Assembly: GCA_963742735.1 (NCBI GenBank)
Contig: CAVUMN010000004.1
Coordinates: 736,001 to 800,000, forward strand
Origin: an uncultured Actinomycetes bacterium
Lineage (GTDB): Bacteria > Actinomycetota > UBA4738 > JBBDTT01
Length of the DNA stretch: 64,000 nt
Direction of reading: 5' to 3'
Position 1 is the stretch's first letter. Each line of letters opens with the position of its first letter. The position numbers and the translations under genes are program-made. The notes under the pieces were generated by a model. That model was not told the DNA's origin. It worked only from the letters and a program-made list of their open reading frames with translations, and searched no databases. Positions 18,389-27,775 of the stretch are shown piece by piece.

Positions 18389-19888
18389 GTGCGCCGGTCG
18401 CTCGTTCTCCTGCTTGTCCTCGCGCTGCTGCCCGCCGCGCCGGGGGATCGGGCGTCCGGCGCGCCCGCATCGGGGACGCCGAAGCTGATGCCGCGAACCA
18501 TCGACGCGCGGACCCTGCCCCTTGGTCACCGCGGCCGCTGGATCACCGACCGCCACGGCCGGGTGGTGATCATGCACGGGGTCAACATGGTGATGAAGCT
18601 CCCGCCCTACGACCCCGGCCGTCTGGGGTTCGGCGAGGACGACGCCGACTTCCTGGCCTCGGAGGGGTTCAACACCGTGCGCCTGGGCCTGATCTACAAG
18701 GGCCTCGAGCCGAACCGCGGACGCTACGACGACGCGTACCTGGAGCGGATCGCGCGGCTCGCCCGGATGCTGGGGCGCCACGGCATCCACGTCCTGCTCG
18801 ACTTCCATCAGGACCTGTTCAACGAGCGGTTCCACGGCGAGGGGTTCCCCGACTGGGCGGTGATCGACGACGGTCTTCCGGCGCAGCCGGACGTCGGGTT
18901 CCCCGGCAACTACTTCGTGATGCCCGCCCTGTGGCGCGCCTTCGATCACCTGTGGGCGAACGACCCGGGGCCCGACGGGGTGGGGCTGGCGGACGCGTAC
19001 GCCGCGGCCTGGCGGCACGCCGCGACCCGGTTTCGCCGCGAGCCCGCCATCTTCGGCTACGACCTGCTGAACGAGGCCTGGCCCGGTACGCCGTGGCTGA
19101 CGTGCTTGAACCCGGCGGGGTGCCCGGTGTTCGACGCGTCGCTGAAGCCGTTCTACGACCGGATCATCACGCAGATCCGCAAGGTCGACCCGACCCGGCT
19201 GGCGTTCTACGAGACGCACCCGATCTTCGGCGGCGGCGGGGACGTGGCCATCCCGGACCTCGAGGACCCGAACGTCGGGTTCTCGTTCCACGTCTACTGC
19301 CTGGGGGCGCTGTTCGGCGGCTCGCAGACCGGCGCGCCGGAGCAGGTCAACTGTCCCCTGGGTGAGGACCGCCCGTTCGAGCGGGCGGAGGCCCAGAGCG
19401 CGCGGACCGGCGACGCGCTGTTGATGACCGAGTACGGCGCGACCGACGACCTGGACACCATCACGCGGGACGTCGAGGCGTCGGACGCGCACCTGATGTC
19501 GTGGCAGTACTGGTCGTACTTCGGCCTGGACCCCTCCGGCGAACGATCGGCCGAGGGGATCATCATCGACCCCCGCAAGCCGCCACGGCCGGGCAACCTG
19601 AAACAGCCCAAGCTCGGCGTCCTGGTCCGCCCCTATCCGCGGGCCGTGGCCGGCACGCCGACGTTCTGGCGGTTCGACGCCGACGGGCGTTCGTTCGTCT
19701 TCCGGTTCACGACGGACCCGCGCATCCGCGTCCCGACGGAGATCTTCATCCCGGCCCGCCACTACCCGCGCGGCTACCGGCTCGCGGTGGAGGGTCCCGC
19801 TCGAGTGGTCTCCGCGCCGAACGCCCCACTGCTGCTGCTGCGCTCGACCGGTGCCGGTGTGGTGACGGTGACGCTCAGCCCTCGCTGA
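18389..19888 (+). CDS. Secreted GH5 endoglycoceramidase-like glycoside hydrolase
   Basis: Signal peptide; HGVNMV, LLDFHQD, YDLLNEAWPG (acid/base) and MTEYGA (nucleophile); C-terminal RPYPRAVAGTP beta-sandwich. Confidence 0.88.
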   Translation: MRRSLVLLLVLALLPAAPGDRASGAPASGTPKLMPRTIDARTLPLGHRGRWITDRHGRVVIMHGVNMVMKLPPYDPGRLGFGEDDADFLASEGFNTVRLGLIYKGLEPNRGRYDDAYLERIARLARMLGRHGIHVLLDFHQDLFNERFHGEGFPDWAVIDDGLPAQPDVGFPGNYFVMPALWRAFDHLWANDPGPDGVGLADAYAAAWRHAATRFRREPAIFGYDLLNEAWPGTPWLTCLNPAGCPVFDASLKPFYDRIITQIRKVDPTRLAFYETHPIFGGGGDVAIPDLEDPNVGFSFHVYCLGALFGGSQTGAPEQVNCPLGEDRPFERAEAQSARTGDALLMTEYGATDDLDTITRDVEASDAHLMSWQYWSYFGLDPSGERSAEGIIIDPRKPPRPGNLKQPKLGVLVRPYPRAVAGTPTFWRFDADGRSFVFRFTTDPRIRVPTEIFIPARHYPRGYRLAVEGPARVVSAPNAPLLLLRSTGAGVVTVTLSPR

Positions 19889-21836
19889 GGGCGATCGGGG
19901 CGCCGAGCAGCTCGTCCGGGATCGAGAACGCGTCGACGAGGTCCACGGCGACGGGACGAAGGTCCGCGCAGGCCTCGTTCACCAGCCTGACGATCGCCTT
20001 GGAGCTGCGCGGCGACAGGTGGCCGTGCTCGATGAACCAGCCCCGGTCGCGCTCGATCCTCGACAGCGCGTGGAGGTCGCCCAGGCGATCGAGCGCCTCG
20101 CGCGCACCCTTGTTTCGGACCTTCCGCGTGCGGGTCGTGAAGGACTCGATGACCACGCGGTCCACGTGGGCCATCGCGGTCGAGACGACGTGGTCCTGAG
20201 CCGCGACGAACGCGCCGAACGGGTCCTCCTTCATCCCCTTGCGGAGCCGTCGACCCAGCCCCTCGAGCAGGTGCTCCTCCCGGAACCGCATCGCCTGCAG
20301 GTGGGCGCCCCTGGGAAGGAGCTCTCCCTCGCCGGCCTGGCCGGGGACGGCCGCGATCATGCCGACCAGCCCGGCCGGCACGCGCTCGCTGATCACGTCG
20401 ACCACCCGGGACGCCACATAGCGCATCGTCTCGAACAGGTCCAGGTCGCCGAACTCCTCCTGGTAGTCGGTGAGCAGGCTGCGCGCGACGAGCTGGAGCA
20501 GGACGGTGTTGTCGCCCTCGAAGGTCGTGAACACCTCGGTGTCGGCGGCCAGCGAGGCGAAGCGGTTCTCGGCCAGGTAGCCGGCGCCGCCGCACGCCTC
20601 GCGGCACGCGCGGATGGTCTCGACGGCGTGCCAGGTCGCGTAGGCCTTCAGCCCGGCCGCGTGCGCCTCCAGACGGCGGCGGTCGCGCGCCGACGTCCGA
20701 GCCCTGGACTGCGAGCGCGCGTACGACGCCACCAGGTCCTTCACCGCGAAGTCCAGCGCGTACGTCGTCGCCAGCGCGGGCAGGAGCCGCCGCTGGTGGG
20801 TCCGGTAGTCCAGGAGCGGGACCTCCTCGCCCCCGGGCGGGCCGAACTGGCGGCGGCGGTCCCCGTACCGGATGGCGATCGTGAGGGCGGACTTCGCCGC
20901 GCTCACCGAGGCGGCCGCGATGCAGATCCGCCCCTGGATCAGCGCGCCGAGCATCGTGAAGAAGCGACGGCCCGGCTCCGCGATCGAGCTCGAGTAGCGG
21001 CCGTCGGCGTCGACGTCGGCGAACCGGTTCAGCAACGCGTCGCGGGGGACGCGCACCCGCTCGAACCGGATGCGGCCGTTGTCGACGCCGTTCAGGCCCA
21101 TCTTCTGGCCGCAGTCCTCGATGCGGACGCCCTTGCGGGGCCGCCCGCGGGCGTCGCGGATCGGCACCAGCAGCGCGTGGACGCCGTGGCCCTCGCCGGC
21201 CACCTCGAGCTGGGCGAACACCACGGCCATCCGCCCGTCGGCGGCCGCGTTGCCGATGTAGTCCTTGCGGGCCGACGCGTTCGGTGTGTGCACCACGAAC
21301 TCGCCGGCCTCGGCGTCGTAGCGCGCGATCGTCTCCAGCTCCCGGACGTTCGAGCCGTGTCCGGTCTCGGTCATCGCGAAGCAGCCGGGCAGGTCCCCCG
21401 TCCCCGCGTCGCGCAGGTAGCGCGCGTGATGCTCGGCGTTCCCGAGCTGCTGGATCGCCCCGCCGAACAGCCCGATCTGCACGCCGAGCTTCACCAGCAG
21501 CGAGAGGTCGTGGAACGCGACGGTCTCGAACAGCGCGATGTTGCCGGCGGCGTCCCCGGCGCCGCCCACCTCCGGGGGAAACGCGGTCAGCCCGGAGCCG
21601 TCCTTCAGGAGCTGTCGCAGCCACCGCATGACCAGGGCGCGATAGGCGTCGGTGTCGAGGCCGTACCGGTAGGCGAACCCGGGCTTCGACAACGCCGTGC
21701 GGCATCGTTCGCGGAGCTCGGCGTGGTCGCCGTCGAGGACCTTCGCCAGTGCGGGGACGTCGAACGAGGGCGGGGCGGCCGGGGGGCGGGGTCCGTCCCG
21801 CTCGGCCTTCGCGGAGTTGGGGGAGGCGGTCGACGT
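19875..21836 (-). CDS. Acyl-CoA oxidase/dehydrogenase family protein (start uncertain)
   Basis: GCFAMTETGHGSNV, KDYIGNAA, KMGLNGVDNG, CREACGGAGY and TTFEGDNTVL. The frame stays open upstream of TTG 21692 to the in-frame stop at 21849-21851. Confidence 0.9.
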   Translation of the reverse strand, partial: TSTASPNSAKAERDGPRPPAAPPSFDVPALAKVLDGDHAELRERCRTALSKPGFAYRYGLDTDAYRALVMRWLRQLLKDGSGLTAFPPEVGGAGDAAGNIALFETVAFHDLSLLVKLGVQIGLFGGAIQQLGNAEHHARYLRDAGTGDLPGCFAMTETGHGSNVRELETIARYDAEAGEFVVHTPNASARKDYIGNAAADGRMAVVFAQLEVAGEGHGVHALLVPIRDARGRPRKGVRIEDCGQKMGLNGVDNGRIRFERVRVPRDALLNRFADVDADGRYSSSIAEPGRRFFTMLGALIQGRICIAAASVSAAKSALTIAIRYGDRRRQFGPPGGEEVPLLDYRTHQRRLLPALATTYALDFAVKDLVASYARSQSRARTSARDRRRLEAHAAGLKAYATWHAVETIRACREACGGAGYLAENRFASLAADTEVFTTFEGDNTVLLQLVARSLLTDYQEEFGDLDLFETMRYVASRVVDVISERVPAGLVGMIAAVPGQAGEGELLPRGAHLQAMRFREEHLLEGLGRRLRKGMKEDPFGAFVAAQDHVVSTAMAHVDRVVIESFTTRTRKVRNKGAREALDRLGDLHALSRIERDRGWFIEHGHLSPRSSKAIVRLVNEACADLRPVAVDLVDAFSIPDELLGAPIALSEG

Positions 21837-21886
21837 GGTGGGCGAACCCTAGCCCCGGGGCTCGCCCCTCACAAGCTCGGGCCGGG

Positions 21887-23077
21887 TCACGACGGGGTCG
21901 CGGCCGGCCGGCGCGCGGGCCGCTCGAACCGGCCGAAGAGCCACACCAGCCCGACCAGGAACACCGCCGGGACCAGCTCCCACAGGGGCCGCTCGGCCCA
22001 CCACGAGGCGGTGGTGTCGCCCTGCTGTCCGAACCCGATCGGCCACAGCACGAAGATCGCCAGCAGGAACGCCGTCATGTGCCACAGGAACAGGGTCATC
22101 ACGATGGTGTTCAGCGAGATCACCGCGGCCCACACCTTTCGGCGCTGCAGCCAGCGGGACAGGACCGGACGCAGCAGCATGACCGCGCCGATGCTCCAGA
22201 TCCCCATCGCCAGCATCATCAGCGTGGGCGGGTTCGTGTTCGTGATGAGCTCGACGTCGGTCCCCAGCAGGCTCCGGGGGTAGATGCTCACGCCGGGCCA
22301 CACGCGGTTCAGGTTGGTGAACGCCATCATCGCCAGGAACCCGATCACGGCCATCGCCGCGAACCCCTTCGTCCCGAGCTTCAGCAGACGGCCTTCGGCG
22401 TAGAAGTAGCCGAGCTGGTGGGCGAACAGGAACACCAGCCACACGTTCGCGAACCCGATCCCCTCCACGTCCAGGCCGAAGCGGACGATGTCGACCGCGA
22501 TCGCCCCCAGGACGAACGCGATCGGGACGGCCGCGCCGAACCGATCGTGGAGCCAGATCGTGACCGGGCTCACCATGACGACGACCAGGTACACGGCCAG
22601 GAACCACAGGGGGCCGAACGGGATCGTCGCCCCCGGCGGGCGCATCCCGCGGAGCCAGGGGACCTCGGGCCTGACGCCGCCGGTGTCGGTCAGGTGCAGG
22701 ATCACCTGGATCACCACCCAGATCCCCACGAAGATCAGCGACGGCTTCAGGAGCCGCTCGGCCCGAGTCCACAGGAACCGCCACACCGGCTCGCCGCGCT
22801 TGCGGTACGAGCGATACGACGTGAAGTTCGAGAAGCCCCCGACGAAGAAGAAGATCGGGATCACCTGCATGGCCCAGGTGAGCATCCACAGCCAGGACGT
22901 CAGCCCGATCGCCGAGACCGACCGGATGATCCCGTCCTCCCAGATGATCACGCCGATGAACCAGTGGCCGAAGACCACGGTCACGATGCTCGCCGCGCGC
23001 AGGAAGTCCATGAACCGGTCCCGGGAGCCGGGCGTGGCGTCGACCAGGTCCTGCAGGGTGGTTTTCGGGGCGGGCAT
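21887..23077 (-). CDS. Acyltransferase 3 (AT3) family membrane protein
   Basis: RDRFMDFLRA...VVFGHW, QVIPIFFFVGG and PLWFLAVY; about 10 TM segments. Confidence 0.9.
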   Translation of the reverse strand: MPAPKTTLQDLVDATPGSRDRFMDFLRAASIVTVVFGHWFIGVIIWEDGIIRSVSAIGLTSWLWMLTWAMQVIPIFFFVGGFSNFTSYRSYRKRGEPVWRFLWTRAERLLKPSLIFVGIWVVIQVILHLTDTGGVRPEVPWLRGMRPPGATIPFGPLWFLAVYLVVVMVSPVTIWLHDRFGAAVPIAFVLGAIAVDIVRFGLDVEGIGFANVWLVFLFAHQLGYFYAEGRLLKLGTKGFAAMAVIGFLAMMAFTNLNRVWPGVSIYPRSLLGTDVELITNTNPPTLMMLAMGIWSIGAVMLLRPVLSRWLQRRKVWAAVISLNTIVMTLFLWHMTAFLLAIFVLWPIGFGQQGDTTASWWAERPLWELVPAVFLVGLVWLFGRFERPARRPAATPS

Positions 23078-23123
23078 CGGCGTCAGTATCGCGCGCCGGG
23101 GCGCTCGGCCGAGTTGCCCGAGG

Positions 23124-23146
23124 GTTTGTTTATAGACTTGACGAAA
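23124..23146 (+). promoter_or_regulatory. Candidate ROK-repressor operator overlapping the -10 box and start
   Basis: GTTTGTTTATAGACTTGACGAAA is an AT-rich imperfect palindrome containing TAGACT 7 nt before the ATG. Confidence 0.5.
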
Positions 23147-24051
23147 TGGCGCCCATCGGGACCGAACGCGTCGCCGCGGCGTGGACCGACGTCCGCGTGC
23201 TGGACACGGACCGCGGACCGATCGAGGTGGCCACGGCCGGCGCCGGACCCGCGGTGCTGGTGATCCACGGCACCCCCGGCTCGTGGCGGCAGTGCTTCAG
23301 CCTGGCCGAGGACCTGGCCGACGCGTACACGATCGTCGCGCCGTCGAGGCCAGGCTACGGGCAAACCCCGGTGTCCTCGGGCCGCACCTTCGAGGAGCAG
23401 GCGGCGGCGTACGCCGCGGTCCTCGACGCGCAGGGGATCGAGCGCGCCGCGATCGTGGGAGCCTCCGGAGGCGCGCCGTCGGCCCTCGCCTTCGCGCAGA
23501 CCCAGGCCGGCCGGTGCACGGCGCTGGTCCTGTGCTGCCCGGTGGTGCCGATGCGCATCCGGCTCCCGTGGCCGCTGCGGTATCTCCTGGCGCCTCGCGG
23601 GCTCGGCGAGGCGCTCTCCGGCCTGGAGCGCTCGATCAACCGGCGGCGCATCGAGGATCCCAAGGCCGTCGACAAGTGGCTGCGTACGAACCTGACCCCT
23701 GACGAGCTGAAGCGCATGCTCGAGACCGCGGGGATGCGCGAGGACCTCGTCGAGTTCTCGCGGACGCACCTCGACGCGCCGGCCGGGCTCGCCGGTCTCC
23801 GCAACGACCTGGCCCAGGTGCGATCCGCGAAGCGCGCTCCCGAGGCGGCCGTGGAGGTGGGCGCGCCGACGCTGGTGATGCAGGGCGACGCCGACCCGGT
23901 CGTCCCGCTCGCCGACGCCCAGCACCTGGCCGCCGTCATCTCCGGGTCCGACCTCGAGGTGTACGCGGACGCGGGACACGCGTTCTTCTTCACCCGCCGG
24001 CGCGAGGTGAACGAGCGGCTCCGGACGTTCTTCGGGCGGGTGCTGCGATGA
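23146..24051 (+). CDS. Alpha/beta hydrolase
   Basis: IHGTPG, SRPGYG, nucleophile elbow GASGG, GDADPVVP and AGH. Confidence 0.9.
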   Translation: MAPIGTERVAAAWTDVRVLDTDRGPIEVATAGAGPAVLVIHGTPGSWRQCFSLAEDLADAYTIVAPSRPGYGQTPVSSGRTFEEQAAAYAAVLDAQGIERAAIVGASGGAPSALAFAQTQAGRCTALVLCCPVVPMRIRLPWPLRYLLAPRGLGEALSGLERSINRRRIEDPKAVDKWLRTNLTPDELKRMLETAGMREDLVEFSRTHLDAPAGLAGLRNDLAQVRSAKRAPEAAVEVGAPTLVMQGDADPVVPLADAQHLAAVISGSDLEVYADAGHAFFFTRRREVNERLRTFFGRVLR

Positions 24052-25187
24052 GCTGGCGGGTGGGGTTCGGCTCGGCGGCCATCACGCCCGCCGTGCCCGT
24101 TCGCCTGGCCGGGTTCTCCGAGCGGACGGAGCCGGCGGCGAGCGTCCACGACGAGCTCGAGGTCCGGACGATGTGGATCGACGACGGGACCCGTTCGGCC
24201 TGCCTGCTGGTACTGGACCTGCTCGGGCTCTCGGAGGAGTTCTCGGATCCGGTCCGCGACGCGATCGCCGGCGACCTCGGCGTGGGCCGGGAGGCGGTAC
24301 TGACCGCGGCCACGCACACTCACAACGGCCCGAACGCGATCCGCGGCGGCGAGCTCCTGGGGTGGGGCAGCCCGGAGGGCTACGCGGAGCTGCTCGTCGA
24401 ACGGTGCCGGGCCGCGGCGCAGGCCGCGCGCGACGCCGCCGAGCCGGCCACCCTCCACGCGGCCGGCGCGGCCCTGCCCGAGGGCCTGTCGATGAACCGG
24501 CGCGGACTTCCCTACGATCCACGGTTCTCCGTTCTGGACGTGCGCCGCCCGGACGGGAGCCGCGCGGGAACGCTCGCCAACGTGTCGATCCATCCGGTCG
24601 TCCTCGGCTCGCCGTGGCTCGAGGTGTCCGCCGACTGGGTGGGCCCGTTCCGGACCGCGCTCGAGGCCGCCGGCGGCGGGACCGCGATCCTGCTGTCCGG
24701 CCCGCTGGGCGACGTGAACCCGGTCGAGCACCACCAGGACGTTCCGACGCACCTGGCCGGGGCGATCGAGGAGGCCACCACGCTGGCCGCCGGCGTCGCG
24801 GAGGCGGTGTCGCGTGCGGTGGAGGCGGCGGAGCCCGTGACCGGCGGCCTGGCGGTCGCGTCGGACTCCGTGACGGTTCCCGTCGCCGGCACGCCGCTCG
24901 CCGGGCTGCTCGGGGTGAGCGAGGTCACCGTCGAGCTGATCGAGTGGGCGATCGGCGACGTCCGGCTGGCGTCGGTTCCCGGGGAGCCCTTCCACGCCCT
25001 GGGCCGGCGGATCGAGGCGGCCCGCCGCGGCGTGACGCTCATCGCGGGGCTGGCCCCCGTGTGGGCCGGCTACCTGCCCGAGCCGTACGGCGAGGGGTAC
25101 GAGGAGACGGTCTCGCTGGGCCCGGAGGCCGTACGGGCGATCTCCGACGCGGTGGTCGGCGGCGTGCTTCAGGGGGCCGCGACGTGA
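24048..25187 (+). CDS. Neutral/alkaline ceramidase-like metallo-amidohydrolase
   Basis: ITP...LAGF, HDELEVR, ATHTHNGP, HPVVLG, SADWVG, GDVNP and VPGEPF. ATGA-coupled to the upstream gene. Confidence 0.75.
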   Translation: MSWRVGFGSAAITPAVPVRLAGFSERTEPAASVHDELEVRTMWIDDGTRSACLLVLDLLGLSEEFSDPVRDAIAGDLGVGREAVLTAATHTHNGPNAIRGGELLGWGSPEGYAELLVERCRAAAQAARDAAEPATLHAAGAALPEGLSMNRRGLPYDPRFSVLDVRRPDGSRAGTLANVSIHPVVLGSPWLEVSADWVGPFRTALEAAGGGTAILLSGPLGDVNPVEHHQDVPTHLAGAIEEATTLAAGVAEAVSRAVEAAEPVTGGLAVASDSVTVPVAGTPLAGLLGVSEVTVELIEWAIGDVRLASVPGEPFHALGRRIEAARRGVTLIAGLAPVWAGYLPEPYGEGYEETVSLGPEAVRAISDAVVGGVLQGAAT

Positions 25188-26410
25188 CCACCGGGTCCGG
25201 CACGGTCGTGGGCGAGAGCCGAAACGGCGGGCAGGTCTCCTTCGCGCCGGTGATGTCGCCGACCCGGATGGGCGACGTCAACCGGTCGCGGGTCCTGCAG
25301 GCGCTGTGCGACGTCGGCCCGCTGACCCGCGCCGAGCTGGCCCGCCTGGCCGGCGTCCCGCGGGCCACGATCTCGGGCATCGTCCGGCCCCTGCTGGACA
25401 GCGGCCTGCTCGAGGAGGGGGACCCCGACCGCAGCGTGGCCCGGGTCGGAAAGCCCGGGCGGCCGCTGTGGTTCCGCTCCGGCGCCGGCCTGTCGGGCGC
25501 GGTGGCGCTTCGCGGCGACGGGTGCGAGGCGGCGCTGGTGAGCGCCCGCGGCGAGATCGTCGCGCACCACCAGGCCGTGCTCTCCGACCCGGGCGATCTC
25601 GCGGCCGTGCACCGCGACCTGTTCGGCTGTCTCGAGGGTGCGCTGGGATCCAGGCGCGGCGAGATCCTGGGGATCGGCGTGGCCGTCCCGGGGGTGTGCG
25701 ACTCGTCGACCGGGACCGTGGTCGGCTCCTCGCAGGTCCCGGCGCTCACCGGACATCGGCTCGGACCCGAGCTCCAGCGGGAGATCGGCGTGAAGGTGGT
25801 CATCGACAACGACTCCCGGGCCCAGGCCCTGGGCGAGAAGTGGTTCGGGGAGGGCCGAGGGTTCAGCCACTTCGCCGCGATCCAGACCGGCCACGGCCTG
25901 GGCGCCGGCCTGGTGCTGGGTGGCCAGGTGTTCCGGGGGACCGGCGGCCGCGTCGGGGAGATCGGCCACATCCCGGTCGACGGCGAGGGAGTCTGCGCGT
26001 GCGGGCTCCGCGGATGCTGGGAGACCATCGCGACCCTGCGCTGGGTCCGGGCGGAGGCGAGGGCGGCGAAGCTCCCGGGGGCGGCGGCGATGGATGCCCG
26101 CGCCTTGTCGAGGCTCGCGGAGGAGGGATCGGCTGGCGCGGCGGACCTGCTCGACCGGTACGCGGCGAACCTCGCCCGCGGGGTGGCCACGCTGGTCCAG
26201 GTCGTGAACCCCGACCGGATCATCCTGCACGGCGACGCCGTGGGCGGGGGCGAGCCGTTCCGCGAGGCGATCGCCGGGCACGTCCGGTCGCGTTCGCTGC
26301 CCCACCTCCGCGAGGGGGTGGACATCGTCCTGTCCAGGCTCGACCAGCAGGCCGGGCTGCTCGGCGCGGCTGGACTCGTCCTGTCCGAGACGTTCAATCT
26401 GGCGACATGA
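25184..26410 (+). CDS. ROK family transcriptional repressor
   Basis: N-terminal HTH NRSRVLQAL...LTRAELARLAGVPRATIS; IDNDSRA, GEIGH and CACGLRGCWE. Confidence 0.92.
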   Translation: MTTGSGTVVGESRNGGQVSFAPVMSPTRMGDVNRSRVLQALCDVGPLTRAELARLAGVPRATISGIVRPLLDSGLLEEGDPDRSVARVGKPGRPLWFRSGAGLSGAVALRGDGCEAALVSARGEIVAHHQAVLSDPGDLAAVHRDLFGCLEGALGSRRGEILGIGVAVPGVCDSSTGTVVGSSQVPALTGHRLGPELQREIGVKVVIDNDSRAQALGEKWFGEGRGFSHFAAIQTGHGLGAGLVLGGQVFRGTGGRVGEIGHIPVDGEGVCACGLRGCWETIATLRWVRAEARAAKLPGAAAMDARALSRLAEEGSAGAADLLDRYAANLARGVATLVQVVNPDRIILHGDAVGGGEPFREAIAGHVRSRSLPHLREGVDIVLSRLDQQAGLLGAAGLVLSETFNLAT

Positions 26411-27114
26411 CCGCGCGGGCCGTCTGCGTCGAGCTCGGAGGAGGAGGCGCCCAGACCATCGTGTTCGAGGCCGACGGTCGGACGACGTTCCACGACGGCG
26501 CCCGCAACGAGGACGGCCCCCTGCTGCTCGCCGTTCCCGGCATCGTCAAGGGCGACCGCGTGGTGGCCGCCTCGAACCTCGGCTGGTACGACGTCGACCC
26601 CGTCAGGGAGCTCGGGCTGCGGGGTCCCGCGGACGTGGTGGCCAACGACGCCGAGGCCGCCGCCCTGGGCGAGTCGGTGCTGCGCGGGCTGGTGGACCTG
26701 GCGTACATGGGCCTGGGGACCGGGATCGGCGGCGCGATCGTCTTCGAGGGCCGCGTCGCCCAGACCGAGGTGTTCGGGCACCGGACCGGCTACTCGGACC
26801 TGCCGTGTCCCTGCGGCCGCGTGGGATGCCTGGAGACCGTGGCCGCGGGGTGGGCGCTGCCCAGCCCGGTTCCGCCCGAGCGGATCCCCGAGGTCGCGTC
26901 GGCGCTGGCCACGGCGCTGGAGGACCCGTCCCTGCCGAACCTGGTCGTGGTCGCCGGGGGGCTGGTGACCGACAACCCCGTGATCGTCGAGGAGCTCCGG
27001 GCTCGCGTCACCCGCCGGACCGTCGAGACGTCCCGCGCCCCGGCCCAGGCGAAGTCCGCGGCGGCCTGGGGCCTGCTCCGCCTGGCCGGCCTGGACGCCG
27101 GCGTCCCGACCTAG
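26407..27114 (+). CDS. ROK family sugar kinase-like protein (compact)
   Basis: VELGGG, ANDAEAAALGE, GLGTGIGG and CPCGRVGCLE; no HTH. Confidence 0.82.
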   Translation: MTARAVCVELGGGGAQTIVFEADGRTTFHDGARNEDGPLLLAVPGIVKGDRVVAASNLGWYDVDPVRELGLRGPADVVANDAEAAALGESVLRGLVDLAYMGLGTGIGGAIVFEGRVAQTEVFGHRTGYSDLPCPCGRVGCLETVAAGWALPSPVPPERIPEVASALATALEDPSLPNLVVVAGGLVTDNPVIVEELRARVTRRTVETSRAPAQAKSAAAWGLLRLAGLDAGVPT

Positions 27115-27722
27115 GGGACCCGCAGCCGGTCGGCGAATTCCAGGAGGTCTTCCAAGGACTGACCGCCGAATCCGAACACCTCTGTGAGGTGCTCGCCTTC
27201 GATCCACACGAGGTACGCGGATCCGCTCGGAGTACCGGGGGCGCCGGCACCAGTCACGCCTCGCACCTCGAGCAGCTTTCCACTGTCCCAGAACCCCCCT
27301 TCGATGCTCTCGGACGCATCCTTCGCGTAGTCCTCGGAGCTCCGAGCGTCGTCGGTGTATGTGACCCAGATGCCATTGCCGAGGATGAGTCCGAGGTTCA
27401 AGCTGCCGAGTGCCCATCGTTCCGTCACCCACCCTGACCGCGAGTTGCTCGGCGGCGGTCCCGGACACTGGCATCGAGAAAGCATCGAATTCGCTTCCGC
27501 CTTGGAGACCGGCCGACCGCCTGGGAACGGATGAGGAGGGAGGGAAAACCCCTTTGCCAGCGAGAGGTCAGGTCCTTGCGGGGTGGCCAGAACGACGGGA
27601 GTCCGGTTGACCGACGGCCGTTCGGCACGATGGGACGTCACGAGGTTCAGGCCGAAGCCCACCGTCAGAAGACAGATCCCGACGGCGCTCGCCCGTCTCG
27701 CGACCGTCCAACGCTTCGCCAC
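27111..27722 (-). CDS. Hypothetical membrane-anchored protein with atypical base composition
   Basis: 203-aa ORF with an N-terminal TM segment and C-terminal WIEG...QSLEDLLEFADRL. Visibly more A/T-rich than its neighbours. Confidence 0.6.
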   Translation of the reverse strand: MAKRWTVARRASAVGICLLTVGFGLNLVTSHRAERPSVNRTPVVLATPQGPDLSLAKGFSLPPHPFPGGRPVSKAEANSMLSRCQCPGPPPSNSRSGWVTERWALGSLNLGLILGNGIWVTYTDDARSSEDYAKDASESIEGGFWDSGKLLEVRGVTGAGAPGTPSGSAYLVWIEGEHLTEVFGFGGQSLEDLLEFADRLRVP

Positions 27723-27775
27723 GGTTTGGTCTCTTCTATCTGCTGCTCAATCAGCTGTACGAGAGGGATGGGTGC

